Notes under the pieces: generated by a model
What the model was told of the DNA's origin: nothing
Database searches by the model: none
Seen by the model: only the letters and a program-made list of their open reading frames with translations
Source: Zootoca vivipara
Lineage: Eukaryota
Length of the DNA: 64,000 bases
Assembly (NCBI RefSeq): GCF_963506605.1
Contig: NC_083278.1
Span: 20,026,001 to 20,090,000, forward strand
Reading direction: 5' to 3'
Made by a program: the position numbers and the translations under genes
Shown here: piece by piece, positions 61,555-64,000 of the stretch
Layout of the letters: every line of letters begins with the position of its first letter
Position numbering within the stretch: position 1 is the stretch's first letter

Positions 61555-64000
61555 TGTTAGGTTTTTCCTTTAAGACTGATGTGGTCAATGATGCTACACA
61601 GAGATGTGTGTTTGTAACCTTGTTCTGAATGATAGCACACCTGTGAGCTTTTGCTAATTTGAATAATTGAAGGTAGAGTTTGCCTACTGTAATGTGATTG
61701 GGTAATTGACTATTTTGAATTCTGTATTTAAGCAAATGGTTCATGGGTGTGGTTGTGGTGATGTATTGTGAAATGAGAGGAAAGGAGTAGAGGAGTGTGT
61801 TGTATATAATTGTAAATAAAAGCAAGCAAAGATACTGAAGACGACTTTGTTATTTCGTCGACCCTGCCGCTGTTGCCACTCAGGTTGGTGCGTATTTTGC
61901 CCAACATCCGGTTATGGGCCCAGGAACTGCGCATGGGTGTTTGAACTGCTTGCTAAGAGGGCTGCGAAGCTGAGCTATCTGCCAGTCGAAAAGGAGCTGG
62001 AAGTATATCCAGGATGGATGACGGCGAAAAGATGGCGCTTACCTTTCCTCAACTAACTGATGGTAATTATAGTCTTTGGTCCTTTAGAATGAGAGGGTTA
62101 CTCGAATGTAAGGACCTGTTTGACTACGCCACAGATGACCCTCCTCAGATAATTACCCCTGAATGGATACGGGGGGATAACAAAGCCAAAGCTTTTATAA
62201 ACTTAGCAGTGTCCGACCAGCAAGTTGTGTATATCAGAGATAAAACGTCGGCTAAAGAAATGTGGGAGAGTTTGGCTGCGGTCCATTTGAGAAAAGAGTC
62301 TGCGTCAGCCTTGGCGTTTTACCGCCAGCTTTATCAGGCAAAGCTGCAACCTGGCGGTGACTTGGCAGCTCACCTGAGACATTTACAGGAAATCAGGTTG
62401 GAGCTTTTGAGAAGAGACATTGTGGTTCCTGTTAATCAATTTTGTTTTATAATCCTCTGCTCATTAAACAAAGAGTATGACGCAGTCGCAAGCCAGCTCG
62501 CTTTGGTCCCTCCTGACCAGCTGAGTATTGAAGGCGTGACTGCAAAACTGATGGCGGAGCTGGACAGGCGAGACGCCTCTGTTATGCCGGTTCCCAAAGA
62601 GCAGAATGTGCATTCAAATGACAATGGGGACGTTGTAGCTTTAAGAGCCAACAAGAAATGCTTTGCCTGTGGCCTTTTGGGACATTTTGCTTCGGAATGC
62701 AGAGCAAAGAGTAAAAAGACTTCCTCTAGGTCGCAAAAGGGACACACAGCCACTCAGGCGTGGAAGCCTTCACAGCGACCGCAGCGAGGTAGTCGACCCG
62801 AGCCACAAGCATTCTTTGCAGAACCACAGCCTTGTGAGGATAAAAGAGATAATTGGGACTTTTTCATCATCGATAGTGGCGCATCGCAGCACTTGTGCAG
62901 CAATCGCAGTCTCTTCATAACTTACACACCAGAGACTGGAAATGTGCATTTAGCGAATGGAATAGTTTTGCCCTCACTTGGAAAGGGGACTATAAAACTG
63001 CATAGTTTGAATATTACTATATCAGATGTTGTTTATTGCCCTGAATTGTGTGGGAACTTATTATCGGTTTATCAGTTTGCACGTCAAGGTATTAGAGCTA
63101 AATTTACTGAAAAAATGTGCCGGTTTTATCGGGCCAATAAGCAGGTTCTCTATGCAAAACAGACTCATGGGCTTTACAGGCTCAAGTTTCACTCCTCTTC
63201 AGGAGGAAGCAATAGCTGTTGTGGTGTAGCCAATAGGAGCAGGCACGGGTTGGCAAATTGCCAGCCACATAAAAACTGCTTACATGAAGCTCACCGCAAA
63301 CTTTGCCATAAAAACTTTGCAGATGTTTTGAAAACACGGGATATAGTGCATGGTCTAGAAATTAGACCGTGTAAATTTTACATGAACTGCCTGTCATGCT
63401 GCAAGCATAAAATTAAGGTGGCACGAAAGGGCAAAAGCACTATGAGAGAAGTAGCAGAGCCTTTTGAAAGGGTTCACTGTGATCTAGTAGGACCATTGCC
63501 AGAATCACTTGGAGGGTCCCGATTCTGGCTAACACTTGTGGACCAGAAAACCAGATATGTTTGGACATATGCAATCTCTAAGAAGTCTCAAGCACTAGAA
63601 ATGTATAAAAAGTTCTGCAACTGGGTTAAGACTCATTTTGGTAAAAATATACAAAATCTGTACTCTGATCTTGGAGGTGAATTTATGTCGCAGGATTTTG
63701 AAGAGTTCCTAAATGCGCAGGGGACAGTACACCAAGTGTCATCACCTAGGAGTCCCTGGCAGAATGGGATTGCTGAGGTTGTTAATAAAAACCTACAATC
63801 TGGGATAAAAACAATGCTCCATGATGCTCAACTTCCTGATAGCTTCTGGGCTGAATGTTTGAGCTGTTATACCCATATAAAGAATCGATCCTATCATTCT
63901 GCATTAACAGTAACACCTTATGAAATGCTTTTTGGAAAGCGTCCCAATCTAAAGTATTTGTGTGTTTGGGGCAGTGATGTTATGATGCATTACCCAGCCA
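61555..64000 (+). mobile_element. Ty1/copia LTR retrotransposon (5' LTR + gag-PR-IN, continues past window end)
   Basis: LTR TGTT...AACA 61555-61906 with AATAAA 61815-61820; PBS GGTTATGGGCCCAG 61910-61923; domain order gag-PR-IN with no RT before IN is diagnostic of copia. The 5' LTR start is inferred. Confidence 0.93.
62014..64000 (+). CDS. Copia gag-pol polyprotein (at least 662 codons, open to window end)
   Basis: Hand translation found no stops: gag (NYSLWSFRM, SAKEMWESL), zinc knuckle CFACGLLGHFASEC 62659-62700, protease IIDSGA (DSG 62872-62880), integrase HHCC (HRKLCH...CLSC) and DDE (HCDLVGP 63481, SDLGGEF 63667, NGIAE 63775). Confidence 0.92.
   Translation, partial: MDDGEKMALTFPQLTDGNYSLWSFRMRGLLECKDLFDYATDDPPQIITPEWIRGDNKAKAFINLAVSDQQVVYIRDKTSAKEMWESLAAVHLRKESASALAFYRQLYQAKLQPGGDLAAHLRHLQEIRLELLRRDIVVPVNQFCFIILCSLNKEYDAVASQLALVPPDQLSIEGVTAKLMAELDRRDASVMPVPKEQNVHSNDNGDVVALRANKKCFACGLLGHFASECRAKSKKTSSRSQKGHTATQAWKPSQRPQRGSRPEPQAFFAEPQPCEDKRDNWDFFIIDSGASQHLCSNRSLFITYTPETGNVHLANGIVLPSLGKGTIKLHSLNITISDVVYCPELCGNLLSVYQFARQGIRAKFTEKMCRFYRANKQVLYAKQTHGLYRLKFHSSSGGSNSCCGVANRSRHGLANCQPHKNCLHEAHRKLCHKNFADVLKTRDIVHGLEIRPCKFYMNCLSCCKHKIKVARKGKSTMREVAEPFERVHCDLVGPLPESLGGSRFWLTLVDQKTRYVWTYAISKKSQALEMYKKFCNWVKTHFGKNIQNLYSDLGGEFMSQDFEEFLNAQGTVHQVSSPRSPWQNGIAEVVNKNLQSGIKTMLHDAQLPDSFWAECLSCYTHIKNRSYHSALTVTPYEMLFGKRPNLKYLCVWGSDVMMHYPA

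Noticed and set aside
1-64000. 7SK snRNA gene, which lies beside the human GSTA cluster
   Set aside because: I found no GGATGTGAGGGCGATCTGGCTG-like sequence on either strand; by synteny it would lie beyond the left edge.

Overview
Vertebrate (squamate, probably lacertid lizard, inferred from Sauria SINE, BovB, CR1 and Penelope content) genomic DNA covering part of the alpha-class glutathione S-transferase cluster next to TMEM14A. I reconstructed exon by exon: a partial GSTA gene on the minus strand (coding exons 2-4, continuing off the left edge), a complete GSTA gene on the minus strand (223 aa), a complete GSTA gene on the plus strand (222 aa) and TMEM14A on the minus strand (101 aa, CpG-island promoter). 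The rest is TE-rich intron and intergenic DNA. Main points of interest: (1) a full-length PIGP retrocopy with TSDs inside GSTA intron 6, whose single extra G also creates a new in-frame ATG; (2) a 97-bp perfect-but-one Penelope-type palindrome carrying a minimal hammerhead ribozyme motif on each strand, just upstream of a GSTA start-codon exon; (3) an apparent gene-conversion tract between the two inverted GSTA paralogs; (4) a Ty1/copia element with an uninterrupted gag-pol ORF missing from the ORF track and a half-tRNAiMet primer-binding site. Most short ORFs in the track are spurious or TE-derived. I found no evidence of a wholly new gene system; the findings are unusual instances of known element classes.
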